NCBI GenBank assembly: GCA_002245135.1
Contig: NGBS01001184.1
Span: 62,001 to 105,786, forward strand
DNA: 43,786 nt
Direction of reading: 5' to 3'
From: Proteromonas lacertae
Lineage: Eukaryota
Shown here: positions 1-14,361 of the stretch, piece after piece
How positions within the stretch are numbered: the first letter of the stretch is position 1
How the letters are laid out: each line of letters begins with the position of its first letter
The notes under the pieces: model-generated
What the model saw: the letters and a program-made list of their open reading frames with translations, nothing else
Databases searched by the model: none
Told to the model about the DNA's origin: nothing
Translations under genes and position numbers: made by a program

Positions 1-3000
1 ATCTCGCCTTTAAACCATCTCGCTCCACCATGATATCGAGCTTCAATCTTATCACCTTCTCGGAATGAAGATGAACTTGTTATTGGTTTTTCATCTAATC
101 CACCTCCGATCTTTCGAATATAATCGGATTTTACTCCACTTTCTCTATCTCCATCATCATATCTAACATCATATGTTCCATCACGATTATCTCGACTTAT
201 CTCGCCTTTAAACCATCTCGCTCCACCATGATATCGAGCTTCAATCTTATCACCTTCTCGGAATGAAGATGAACTTGTTATTGGTTTTTCATCTAATCCA
301 CCTCCGATCTTTCGAATATAATCGGATTTTACTCCACTTTCTCTATCTCCATCATCATATCTAACATCATATGTTCCATCACGATTATCTCGACTTATCT
401 CGCCTTTAAACCATCTCGCTCCACCATGATATCGAGCTTCAATCTTATCACCTTCTCGGAATGAAGATGAACTTGTTATTGGTTTTTCATCTAATCCACC
501 TCCGATCTTTCGAATATAATCGGATTTTACTCCACTTTCTCTATCTCCATCATCATATCTAACATCATATGTTCCATCACGATTATCTCGACTTATCTCG
601 CCTTTAAACCATCTCGCTCCACCATGATATCGAGCTTCAATCTTATCACCTTCTCGGAATGAAGATGAACTTGTTATTGGTTTTTCATCTAATCCACCTC
701 CGATCTTTCGAATATAATCGGATTTTACTCCACTTTCTCTATCTCCATCATCATATCTAACATCATATGTTCCATCACGATTATCTCGACTTATCTCGCC
801 TTTAAACCATCTCGCTCCACCATGATATCGAGCTTCAATCTTATCACCTTCTCGGAATGAAGATGAGCTTGTTATTGGTTTTTCATCTAATCCACCTCCG
901 ATCTTTCGAATATAATCGGATTTTACTCCACTTTCTCTATCTCCATCATCATATCTAACATCATATGTTCCATCACGATTATCTCGACTTATCTCGCCTT
1001 TAAACCATCTCGCTCCACCATGATATCGAGCTTCAATCTTATCACCTTCTCGGAATGAAGATGACTTGTTATTGGTTTTTCATCTAATCCACCTCCGATC
1101 TTTCGAATATAATCGGATTTTACTCCACTTTCTCTATCTCCATCATCATATCTAACATCATATGTTCCATCACGATTATCTCGACTTATCTCGCCTTTAA
1201 ACCATCTCGCTCCACCATGATATCGAGCTTCAATCTTATCACCTTCTCGGAATGAAGATGAAGCTTGTTATTGGTTTTTCATCTAATCCACCTCCGATCT
1301 TTCGAATATAATCGGATTTTACTCCACTTTCTCTATCTCCATCATCATATCTAACATCATATGTTCCATCACGATTATCTCGACTTATCTCGCCTTTAAA
1401 CCATCTCGCTCCACCATGATATCGAGCTTCAATCTTATCACCTTCTCGGAATGAAGATGAGCTTGTTATTGGTTTTTCATCTAATCCACCTCCGATCTTT
1501 CGAATATAATCGGATTTTACTCCACTTTCTCTATCTCCATCATCATATCTAACATCATATGTTCCATCACGATTATCTCGACTTATCTCGCCTTTAAACC
1601 ATCTCGCTCCACCATGATATCGAGCTTCAATCTTATCACCTTCTCGGAATGAAGATGAGCTTGTTATTGGTTTTTCATCTAATCCACCTCCGATCTTTCG
1701 AATATAATCGGATTTTACTCCACTTTCTCTATCTCCATCATCATATCTAACATCATATGTTCCATCACGATTATCTCGACTTATCTCGCCTTTAAACCAT
1801 CTCGCTCCACCATGATATCGAGCTTCAATCTTATCACCTTCTCGGAATGAAGATGAACTTGTTATTGGTTTTTCATCTAATCCACCTCCGATCTTTCGAA
1901 TATAATCGGATTTTACTCCACTTTCTCTATCTCCATCATCATATCTAACATCATATGTTCCATCACGATTATCTCGACTTATCTCGCCTTTAAACCATCT
2001 CGCTCCACCATGATATCGAGCTTCAATCTTATCACCTTCTCGGAATGAAGATGAGCTTGTTATTGGTTTTTCATCTAATCCACCTCCGATCTTTCGAATA
2101 TAATCGGATTTTACTCCACTTTCTCTATCTCCATCATCATATCTAACATCATATGTTCCATCACGATTATCTCGACTTATCTCGCCTTTAAACCATCTCG
2201 CTCCACCATGATATCGAGCTTCAATCTTATCACCTTCTCGGAATGAAGATGAACTTGTTATTGGTTTTTCATCTAATCCACCTCCGATCTTTCGAATATA
2301 ATCGGATTTTACTCCACTTTCTCTATCTCCATCATCATATCTAACATCATATGTTCCATCACGATTATCTCGACTTATCTCGCCTTTAAACCATCTCGCT
2401 CCACCATGATATCGAGCTTCAATCTTATCACCTTCTCGGAATGAAGATGAACTTGTTATTGGTTTTTCATCTAATCCACCTCCGATCTTTCGAATATAAT
2501 CGGATTTTACTCCACTTTCTCTATCTCCATCATCATATCTAACATCATATGTTCCATCACGATTATCTCGACTTATCTCGCCTTTAAACCATCTCGCTCC
2601 ACCATGATATCGAGCTTCAATCTTATCACCTTCTCGGAATGAAGATGAACTTGTTATTGGTTTTTCATCTAATCCACCTCCGATCTTTCGAATATAATCG
2701 GATTTTACTCCACTTTCTCTATCTCCATCATCATATCTAACATCATATGTTCCATCACGATTATCTCGACTTATCTCGCCTTTAAACCATCTCGCTCCAC
2801 CATGATATCGAGCTTCAATCTTATCACCTTCTCGGAATGAAGATGAACTTGTTATTGGTTTTTCATCTAATCCACCTCCGATCTTTCGAATATAATCGGA
2901 TTTTACTCCACTTTCTCTATCTCCATCATCATATCTAACATCATATGTTCCATCACGATTATCTCGACTTATCTCGCCTTTAAACCATCTCGCTCCACCA

Positions 3001-5619
3001 TGATATCGAGCTTCAATCTTATCACCTTCTCGGAATGAAGATGAACTTGTTATTGGTTTTTCATCTAATCCACCTCCGATCTTTCGAATATAATCGGATT
3101 TTACTCCACTTTCTCTATCTCCATCATCATATCTAACATCATATGTTCCATCACGATTATCTCGACTTATCTCGCCTTTAAACCATCTCGCTCCACCATG
3201 ATATCGAGCTTCAATCTTATCACCTTCTCGGAATGAAGATGAACTTGTTATTGGTTTTTCATCTAATCCACCTCCGATCTTTCGAATATAATCGGATTTT
3301 ACTCCACTTTCTCTATCTCCATCATCATATCTAACATCATATGTTCCATCACGATTATCTCGACTTATCTCGCCTTTAAACCATCTCGCTCCACCATGAT
3401 ATCGAGCTTCAATCTTATCACCTTCTCGGAATGAAGATGAACTTGTTATTGGTTTTTCATCTAATCCACCTCCGATCTTTCGAATATAATCGGATTTTAC
3501 TCCACTTTCTCTATCTCCATCATCATATCTAACATCATATGTTCCATCACGATTATCTCGACTTATCTCGCCTTTAAACCATCTCGCTCCACCATGATAT
3601 CGAGCTTCAATCTTATCACCTTCTCGGAATGAAGATGAACTTGTTATTGGTTTTTCATCTAATCCACCTCCGATCTTTCGAATATAATCGGATTTTACTC
3701 CACTTTCTCTATCTCCATCATCATATCTAACATCATATGTTCCATCACGATTATCTCGACTTATCTCGCCTTTAAACCATCTCGCTCCACCATGATATCG
3801 AGCTTCAATCTTATCACCTTCTCGGAATGAAGATGAACTTGTTATTGGTTTTTCATCTAATCCACCTCCGATCTTTCGAATATAATCGGATTTTACTCCA
3901 CTTTCTCTATCTCCATCATCATATCTAACATCATATGTTCCATCACGATTATCTCGACTTATCTCGCCTTTAAACCATCTCGCTCCACCATGATATCGAG
4001 CTTCAATCTTATCACCTTCTCGGAATGAAGATGAACTTGTTATTGGTTTTTCATCTAATCCACCTCCGATCTTTCGAATATAATCGGATTTTACTCCACT
4101 TTCTCTATCTCCATCATCATATCTAACATCATATGTTCCATCACGATTATCTCGACTTATCTCGCCTTTAAACCATCTCGCTCCACCATGATATCGAGCT
4201 TCAATCTTATCACCTTCTCGGAATGAAGATGAACTTGTTATTGGTTTTTCATCTAATCCACCTCCGATCTTTCGAATATAATCGGATTTTACTCCACTTT
4301 CTCTATCTCCATCATCATATCTAACATCATATGTTCCATCACGATTATCTCGACTTATCTCGCCTTTAAACCATCTCGCTCCACCATGATATCGAGCTTC
4401 AATCTTATCACCTTCTCGGAATGAAGATGAGCTTGTTATTGGTTTTTCATCTAATCCACCTCCGATCTTTCGAATATAATCGGATTTTACTCCACTTTCT
4501 CTATCTCCATCATCATATCTAACATCATATGTTCCATCACGATTATCTCGACTTATCTCGCCTTTAAACCATCTCGCTCCACCATGATATCGAGCTTCAA
4601 TCTTATCACCTTCTCGGAATGAAGATGAACTTGTTATTGGTTTTTCATCTAATCCACCTCCGATCTTTCGAATATAATCGGATTTTACTCCACTTTCTCT
4701 ATCTCCATCATCATATCTAACATCATATGTTCCATCACGATTATCTCGACTTATCTCGCCTTTAAACCATCTCGCTCCACCATGATATCGAGCTTCAATC
4801 TTATCACCTTCTCGGAATGAAGATGAACTTGTTATTGGTTTTTCATCTAATCCACCTCCGATCTTTCGAATATAATCGGATTTTACTCCACTTTCTCTAT
4901 CTCCATCATCATATCTAACATCATATGTTCCATCACGATTATCTCGACTTATCTCGCCTTTAAACCATCTCGCTCCACCATGATATCGAGCTTCAATCTT
5001 ATCACCTTCTCGGAATGAAGATGAACTTGTTATTGGTTTTTCATCTAATCCACCTCCGATCTTTCGAATATAATCGGATTTTACTCCACTTTCTCTATCT
5101 CCATCATCATATCTAACATCATATGTTCCATCACGATTATCTCGACTTATCTCGCCTTTAAACCATCTCGCTCCACCATGATATCGAGCTTCAATCTTAT
5201 CACCTTCTCGGAATGAAGATGAGCTTGTTATTGGTTTTTCATCTAATCCACCTCCGATCTTTCGAATATAATCGGATTTTACTCCACTTTCTCTATCTCC
5301 ATCATCATATCTAACATCATATGTTCCATCACGATTATCTCGACTTATCTCGCCTTTAAACCATCTCGCTCCACCATGATATCGAGCTTCAATCTTATCA
5401 CCTTCTCGGAATGAAGATGAACTTGTTATTGGTTTTTCATCTAATCCACCTCCGATCTTTCGAATATAATCGGATTTTACTCCACTTTCTCTATCTCCAT
5501 CATCATATCTAACATCATATGTTCCATCACGATTATCTCGACTTATCTCGCCTTTAAACCATCTCGCTCCACCATGATATCGAGCTTCAATTTTATCACC
5601 TTCTCGGAATGAAGATGAA
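1..5619. repeat. 198-bp tandem repeat, ~28.4 near-identical copies (coding on minus strand)
   Basis: The unit start atctcgcctttaaacc recurs at 1, 199, 397 ... 1981, 3961, 5545. The only recurrent variant is gaacttg/gagcttg (867, 1461, 1659, 2055, 4431, 5223), plus one SNP at 5592 and compensating 1-bp indels at ~1064 and ~1261. Confidence 0.99.
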
Positions 5620-6132
5620 GAAGATGAAAAAGGTTTTTTTAATGATGATATTGATGATGATTTACCTTCAGATGCTGGTCCTGATCCATAACCCTTTTGT
5701 ACAGTACTTGAAGTACTAGATCTGGTAGTACTCGATAAACTTGCTGTACCTCGTTTTTTAACTAAAAATCTAGCTACTCCTTCTTCTACTTCACCACTGT
5801 CAAATTCTATTGTATATCTATTTAATATAATATGAATTAATACCCTCTTTCTGTAATTTTAAGTATTTTTCCTGGGGCATATTTTAGTTTACCTTTACCT
5901 CTGGCATCTACCAAATCACCTACTTGAAATTGATTTGTTGGCCTTTTAGTTACTGTAGTTGTTTTTGAACCTATATCTACATCTATTTCAACACCTTTGC
6001 TTGAGTGTCCACCAACTGGTCTATCATCAAACGAACTTTTCCCCTCTCCACCACTCATTCGTTTACTTTCACTAAGACCTGGATCTCCTCTAATTTATAT
6101 AATAAAATAATGAATATATACTTCCCTTCCAT
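1..6132 (-). CDS. Giant poly-Tudor/Agenet-like domain protein (1 divergent + ~28 identical Tudor domains), 3' end outside window
   Basis: ATG at 6132; introns 6090-6121 and 5818-5843 (GTA...TAG) join MEGKGDPG... to the Tudor-like FQVGDLVDARGKGKLKYAPGKILKITERGYTIEFDSGEVEEGV. A Ser-rich linker follows, then repeated FREGDKIEARYHGGARWFKGEISRDNRDGTYDVRYDDGDRESGVKSDYIRKIGGGLDEKPITSSSS, open from 5817 to ~1261. Confidence 0.9.
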
Positions 6133-6237
6133 TTAAAAAAAACAAACAAATAGCTTGAGTTTTAAATTCAAACCTCAAATTTATATTATTTGCTTGAAAG
6201 GATCAAGCTATAGAAACAGTTGTTTGTTGAAATTAAT

Positions 6238-9200
6238 ATGTTACGTATGTGTTTAGTGTGTATTTGAATAGAAAATTCCGTCCCAAAACCTCCAAAAATA
6301 ATAAATTTCAATAAACCAGCTAATCATCCAAATAGAAAAATCAAACTCCCTGATATTGATAGTCATGTAACAGTCGAATCTGTAAAACAAACTAGAAGAT
6401 ATAGAACGTATTTTTATAATCTTTATATCATTAGAGAAGATGATCTGAAATTACTTGATAAAAAGCATAAGTATGAATTTAATTGATTGTAATAAATAGA
6501 TCAAAAATAAATTTAGTGTCCATTGATAAAATAAAGTCTCCAGTACAATCTGCTCCTAATTCTAGTCGAATAAACACAGATGACTTTCTTGTGAATAGTA
6601 TTCTCACTATATCAAGTATATATTATCTGATTATTCATAATATGTCTATAGAAGGATATATTCCACCAATTAATATGCCATTAGAAACAAAAATACCAGA
6701 AAAATATTACTTATATTCAGATACACCAATATATCATCCTCAAAGTGGAGAAACTAAAATTGAATATGCAAATGATCAATTACTGTGGGAAAGACGTTTA
6801 TTTCCAGCTCATTTGCCTAAAGGAAGAGAACAAGTGATAATGTTAAGTCAAACTTTAGGTTTGATGTTAAAGCAAAGTCACAAAACCATGTGTAATTTAT
6901 TATCAAGTATTAGCAATAACAATAATAAAGAAAAAATGGATGAATTTATATGTAATTTCAATTTTGATGAAATATTGATGAATGAATATAATATATGGGA
7001 TATTATATTACATGAAGTAGGAAGACAATGTTATAGTGAGTGTAATGAAAGAGGAGAACTTATAGAAAAGATAAGAAGCCGATTATTAGAATTATTCCAA
7101 TTCAGTAATCAATTGTTTAATACATTAAAGTCTTTGCATATTAATTTGGGTGAAAGATATGTGTATTGTTTAACCGAATTAAATAGACCATTTGAAGAAA
7201 GGGAAAAGGAGAGAAAAATAAAAGAAGAAGCAGAGAAAGAGAAGAGAATGAGTATATATATTTATATCATTGTTGTTAATATAATAAATAGGGGAATTAA
7301 GTAGTTTTTTAGAAGCTTCAAAGAATAATAAGAGATTTATTCAATTAACATTTGAGAAAATAAATCAACTTGAACAAAATTTTAATAAGAAAGATACAAA
7401 TAAAGAGTATATTTATACGTTAAATAAATAATAATTAGAAATTTCTGGGAAGGTGATTATAATACAATTCGTCATCATTTTATGGGATTAGAAAGAAGTA
7501 TTGACAACTTAGTAAAAACAAGAAATGCAGTAACAAAAAAGATTGAAGACATAACAAAGACTGATGAAGTTGATAAAACCAATGATATGATTGAAGATTG
7601 GGAGAATATGAGAATGCATGGCAAAACATTAACAGAAGTATATATATTATTAATTGATATTTATGTTTATAATTAGTATGAAAGAGAACAAGCAAGAGGA
7701 ACATTAGCTGTAGCTGTGATTCAAAATATCTTAACAAAAAGAACTCAGAAAAATACAAAAACGTCAGAACAATTAAGACAAGAATTAAGTAAATTGAGTA
7801 TTTATGATGATACTTCTAAAGTTTTAAATGTATATAATATTTTATTTATTGTTAATATATATTTTATATTTAGCAAGAGTATAACACTGTTTGTGAGCAG
7901 ATAAAGAATGATCAAGAGTTATCTCATCTATTGAAAGTCACTGAATTTGATAGTCAAGAAGCTTTAGATGAATTCATCTTAGAGAATATGGGTAAAGAAT
8001 ACACGACTGCTTTATTAAGAATAAGAGATCAGATGGAAGGAAATGTATCAGGAAAAGGTGGTTTTTACATTCCAACTAATATGATTCAAGTATTATTCCT
8101 TTGTTTTACTTTTATTAATAGGCTTTAATATTAACTTCAATGTCTAATAAAATTTTTAAGAAAATGAAAGATGTATCAAGAAGATTACAGTATATTTATA
8201 TATTGATGTTATTGATAATGATAATAGAGAGAATTCAACTATTAGAGCTGCTGGCTTAGGAACTTATTTAGCTGTTAAAACAGGAAGAGATTTGTTGGAT
8301 ATTTTACAGACACAATTGAAAAATGAAATGTATAAAACAAAAGATCATTTAAGAGAATTAAAAATGAAAAAAATCCAAGCACAAGATGAAGAAAGTCAAC
8401 AACTCATACAAAATCAAATCGCTGTAGAAGATGTTTTAGCTCAATATAAAACAGTAGAGTATGAATCAGTTGAATTATTATCTAATTATCTTAATAAACA
8501 TTATCAATTGATATTAGATTTAGAATTATGTGATATGCAAATTGATCTTCTTAGACCAATTCATAACTTTATTGATCATATGAAAATCAGCATAACTGAT
8601 GAAGATAATGACAATTTATTGAAATCAATATATATAGTTAGTAAATCATATTCAAATGTATTTATATACATTTATTATTCTTAAATTAGAATTGGGATTT
8701 AATGGCATTTTGTACTGTTGATGTTATGAAAGAAATATGTAAGAGAAATCCAGTAGAAAATGAAAAATCATTAAAGATATTAGCTGATGTTAATTTTTAT
8801 AAAGATTTATTGAAGAGATTAGATGAAAAGGATGAAATTGAGAATGTTAGAGAATTTGAGAAATGGAATGAGTTTTGTGATACAATTAGAGAGTTAGGAA
8901 AAATGATAGTGCAGTATAATTATTGTTATTAGTAATATGATATTTTATAGATTAAAAGAATTGAGAGAAAAACAATCAAGTATTGACTTTACTTTAAATG
9001 GATTAAATAACATAATTGTGGATTTAAAATCACTTCCTTCTCTTATTATTCAATTGCAATTACTCAGACTTCAAACTAAAAATTCTGATTTAGAATTATC
9101 CAATCATATTGCAGATGCTATAAAGTGTTTACAACAAGTGCCAATAAAGACAGAATTTTCAAATCCAGAATTTGAAAGAGATGAGACTTTATATGATAAA

Positions 9201-12200
9201 GTAGCAATACAACCACAAGAAAAGAAATTAAAGAAAAAGAATAAAAAGAATACAAAATCAAAAGGTAGTATATTAAATGATACAAAATCTACAAATCTTT
9301 CAACATCATCTCGAAGATCGAGTATTTATAGTAGTGGTAGAAGAAGGAGTTATTTGCCAAGTAGTAGAATGTCAGTGGTAGATAGTGATGATGATAATAG
9401 TCCAACTAAATCCAGAAATGGTTCAATTGATAATGGAAGTAATGATGTTATTGATGATGAAGAAGAAGATGAGGATGATGAAGAAGATGAAGAAGATGAA
9501 AATGAAAATGATTTATCAGATGGTAATAAAAACACTAGAAGTGGAAAGAAATTATCACAAAAGGCAATGAATAGTGCAAGTTTAATACTGAATCGAAATA
9601 AAGGAACCAAGAAAGGTAAATCAAGTAGTAAACAACAGAAGTCTAGTAAGAGATTTAATACAAATAAGAGTAGCGCTTCATTAAAAGGAATAACTAATTC
9701 ACCATCATCATCTCAAATGAATATTTCATCTTCTTCGCCTTTAAAGAATAATTATGAATCACCATCTCGTGTGAATAGTACTTATAACTATCAAAGTAAT
9801 AATAATAACAATAGTTATCCATATAATTTAGTTAAATCAAGTCCAAATACATACTCGAATGGTAATCTAAAGACATTTTCTAATTCAAACTCAAAATCTA
9901 ATCTAAATTCATATTCAAATGATAATCCTTATTCTAATATGAACAATGGCCAAAGTGTTCTATTCAAAAGCACAATTGTATCAAATCCTGTACTTAATTT
10001 GATCTACAAATCTCCATTTATTTTAAGTAGAAATGATGAATATGAAGATGATATGTTAGATGGAGAAATGGATATTACAACAGAAGAAAAAGCAAGAAGA
10101 TTGTTGAAAGAATATGATGAAAAAGATGCAATTGATGTTCCAGTAACAAATACATTAGTTAATGAAGATGATGAAATAGAAGAAATAGAAAAGAATAACA
10201 AAGAAAAGACAAAGAGACAGTTTGTTAAATCAATTATAAATCAATTGAATGATGCTGAAAAGGAAAGAGATAAAAGTGATCCAAATTCTCTTATTAATCA
10301 ATTACATAAACAAAAAGTCCCAATAATGAAAGAAGAAATAGAAGTCTATTTAGGTGTAAAGAAGATTGAAACTCCAAGAAACAAGAGATTAAAGGAAAAG
10401 AAGGCGGTTAAGAATAACACTGTTGATGGTTCAGTTCCAATAGAAGATGGTGATAGAATAGTCAAAGTATCTCCCCGATCAACAACAGTACCAAATAGAA
10501 AAAGAATTAGTAGTAATCAACCAATGGTTACATATAGTCCAGTTCATAATACAAAGGCAAAAGATAAGGAAAGAGAATTGAATAGTCAAATAGAAAATAA
10601 TGATAGTATTGTTAATCCACCAGATATGCTAGATGAAAATCATATTGAACCAACTTTATCATCATTTTTAAGTGTTACTATTCCAGCTGAAAAGAAAGAA
10701 GCAAAGTTAGAAACATCTAATGAAGTTTTAATTACTTCTCCATCTAAAATAGATGTAAAGAATGAATCTACTTCTACTGATTATGAAATTGAGAATCAAT
10801 CATCAGTTCATAGCATTGGAAAAGAGTTCTTTGGTAGTATTAATAAGAATTATATAGATGAATCAGCCGAAATAGATGATAAAAATGAAATACCTCATCT
10901 TTACATTGATACATCCGCTAGTTCTTTACAGCAAAAGCAACAACACTCTTCATCAGATGGTGATATTCCTATTAATGAATATGTAGATGTAATTCCAAAA
11001 GAAGGTGTTATATCACCATCAGATGAAGATTATAATGATAATCAAATTGAGAATGAAATAGAGACAAATGGAGAAAGTCCAACAATGACTAAGTTAAAGC
11101 AAGATTCATTGAGACAATCAAACAAATCAAAATCACCAATTGTTATTCCAGAGACTGGTCAATTACAATTACTATCAACTGATGAAGAAGTAACTCCATC
11201 ATCTATTAGAAATATGAGTAATAGTGGTAGAAAGAAATCATATGATAATAGTAAATCAATATCTCCTCAATTACCTTATTATGAAACATATGTTAGTGTG
11301 ATAAATAATGATGAAAACTGTAAAGCTCCACCATTAGTTAGTCAAGAGCAAAGAAGAGAAGAATTGATAAAAATAGCAAAGGATAATCAAGATAATGGAA
11401 ATAATGATGACAAGATTGATGATTATCCTTTACCTATAGAATCAATAATGCCTCAACATCAACATCAATCACATTTATATGAAGAACAAAATAGACGAAA
11501 TGATGATAGTGATGAAGCATATGAAGATAGAGTCAATCAACAACAACAATTACCACCTCCTCAACATTATCGACATTTATCTCAGAAAGGAGAAGAAGAA
11601 TCATTATATCCACAGCAACAATCAAATCAAATAGAACAATCACCACAACAAAAGTCATTATATCAACAAGACAATCATCTGCTAAGACAGATGAGTGAAG
11701 AGTCTTCTCCTCTTCATAAATCAATTATTCGAATAGAAGAAGAAGAAGAAGATCATGTCTTATTATCTGTATATTATATTTCATGTATTTATTATTAATA
11801 TTATTAGAATGATTCTATTAAAGACTTAACAAATATTAGAGAAGAGTGTTTATCATCAATATTAGCTGATAAAGGTAAAGAAATATTACTATTACAACAA
11901 GAGATTAGAAATCTTAATCATAAGCTTGACAGGTTAGAAAAAGAGACTAAATCATCAAAAAAGAAGAATAGTAATAAAGACAAAGTATCAGAGAATGAAT
12001 CAGTTGAGATAGAAAATGAATCATTTGATGTAGAAGAGAAATTACAAGTTAAAAATGATGATTCAAATAAAGAGAAAGATCTAACATTGTTAGTAAGTAG
12101 CTTTGTAAGAAAAAAGAAGAATATAAAACCTGTGATTGAAAGAGTAAAAGCTGTATATTGATGTAATTATCATATATAATCCAATTAGATTCCATCAGAA

Positions 12201-13205
12201 AAATCATACAGTCTTCCCAAGGTTATAGGAATGATTTATGATATAGTAAAGAGTAGATTAGCAAAGAATTTAATCACTGATTCTTACAGTGGATTAACAT
12301 TGTATAATAATAATATAAATTTTATCAATAATGTTAATAGAAGTGAATACTTATATGAATATATTGCACAAAAGTATGGAAAGATTGATGCATTTGAGGA
12401 ATATATAACATACTTCCTTAATGCATTACAGAAATATCGATATTCAAATTCAACAGTTTCAATGTTTACTAGATTCATTGATGGTACATGGAATAATTCA
12501 ATATTCTCACTGTTTTTATATGTATATATATTTATATTCAATGTATAGAGTTATGACTTATTAGACAAAGTGAAATGTGGAAAGAAATTCGGTAATGGAC
12601 AAATCAGTTTAGTTCCAATTATGGTATAATTATTAATATTATAGTATATTAATATCATATAGTTTGTTGATTTAATTGATGGAATTGTCACTTTAAGAAC
12701 AGTTATAGGCAAAATTAATCCAAAATTTGAAATGTCCATAATAGAATTATTAGAAAAACAAAGTAAAATAGTTGAAATGAATCCTAGTGATGTTCAAAAG
12801 AAACTAAAATCAATCAGAAGTACAATGACTGTGTTAAGTGATTTACCTGATCAATATGTAATAAGTGGTAAATATAAAATAGATAAAATGAAAATATTAG
12901 AAACCATTTGTATGACTCAGATTATATTGGAAGATGGATTTAAGAATTATACAAAAACTACGTTTGAAGAATCTTTAAGTGATGTTTATAGTAATGGTGA
13001 ATTACATAGAAATGAATTTGAGAAGTTTATTACTACGATGATACCTGGTACAAATCGTATTGGTATTGAAAAATACTGGAAGATGTGTTTCCCAGGTGCT
13101 GGTGTTATTCCACAATATAGTAGTGTTTCATTAATGCAAATTAATAAATTAGTTAATAATTGTAAGGAATTCAGGAAATATTTTAGAGAGATTTATGTTC
13201 CTTAA
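6238..13205 (+). CDS. Large multi-exon protein with N-terminal axonemal dynein light chain (p28/AXDND1-like) domain, coiled coils, long low-complexity middle and a C-terminal helical/EF-hand-like region
   Basis: ATG 6238. Successive ORF pieces (6483, 7482, 7716, 7931, 8292, 8702, 8937, 12231, 12732) are linked by ~27-40 nt GT-AG introns. The motif LFPAHLPKGREQVIMLSQTLGLML...IWDIILHEVGRQCYSECNERGELIEKIR resembles the p28 consensus ELIRQVTINCAERGLLL.RVR. Not every splice junction was verified. Confidence 0.7.
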
Positions 13206-13294
13206 CTATTTAATTATTTTATTTCATTTAAAGTTGTTTTGTTACGATGATAAAAAGAAAAATATTTCAAAATAGTTTGAGAGGTTTGAAGAAT

Positions 13295-14291
13295 ATGAAT
13301 CATAAACAAATCTTACTGGATCAAGCAAGAAGGGAATTAGAGAAGAGAAGAGTATCTATTCATTGTTATCTATATAGACAAACTGGATGAGACCTCAGTC
13401 TAAAAAGCAATCAACAACGCAAGAGTATTTGATAGAATAATATTAAATAGACCAGTGAAAGAACAAAAGCAACAACCATCATACACTCCGGTAGAAGTAG
13501 AAAGAAAATATCTATATTCTGCTCCAAATACAACTCCTTCATATACTCAACCACCAACAAATTCATATTTTAATCCTTTAGACATGTATATATTCGAATG
13601 TTATTATTTTAGAAACACAAATACAATAGATGAAGATGATGACTCAAATGAACCTTATAAATGTCCAGTATGTCATACTATGATGTCTACAGCTCCACAT
13701 GATCCATTTATATCTAACACATGCTGTCACAGTATATGCAAGAGGTGTGTGTTTGAAGTAATGAATAATGAAGAAATGTATTGTCCATTGTGCAATTCAA
13801 GAGTTGAATCTTTGGGAATAAATGAAACGCTCAAAAAAATGATAAAAGAGAAATTAGAAAGAGATAAAAATCGTATATTTATATTAATTTATTGATGTAT
13901 ACTAGTTCCATCGAAAATACAATATCAAGAGCAATACATGAATTATCAAATTAGAGTATCTGCAATTCAAAGTGAAATTGAAAATCTAAAACAAGAATTA
14001 AACAATGATAAATCTCAGTTTCATGCATATCATAGCATATTAGATCAAATGCATCAGAAAGTATGAATTATGTTTATGTTACTGTAATAGGAACAACAAA
14101 TTATCGAAACTATAGAAGATTTAAAGAAAAAGTTAGATACTCTGAATACTCAAATGACAGCAACACAGAAAGAATCAGATGAATGTAATAATGCAATAAA
14201 TGAAAAAGAGAAGAAGTTGAAGATATTAGAAGATACAGTAAAGCAATTAGAAGCTTCTATGGAAAAATGTGAGATATTCTTAAATAAATAG
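13295..14291 (+). CDS. RING-finger (C3HC4) plus coiled-coil protein, putative E3 ubiquitin ligase
   Basis: ATG 13295 and short introns. CPVC...CCHSICKRC...CPLC RING, then heptad-rich exons ending at TAG 14289-14291. Confidence 0.85.
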
Positions 14292-14361
14292 TAATTTAAA
14301 TCTGTTTATTAACAGCAATAATAAGAAAACAACAAAATATAAAAAATGTGAAGTACATAAA

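Noticed and set aside
1..5619. CRISPR array or non-coding satellite/telomeric repeat
   Set aside because: There are no variable spacers, the unit length is a multiple of 3, and one strand is an open frame encoding a recognisable domain linked by splicing to a start codon.
6141..6228. Blastocystis-type TGTTTGTT motif and polyadenylation-created stop codons
   Set aside because: The motif occurs here (both strands) and at 41329, but all complete genes examined have genome-encoded stop codons, so no polyadenylation-completed stops are needed.
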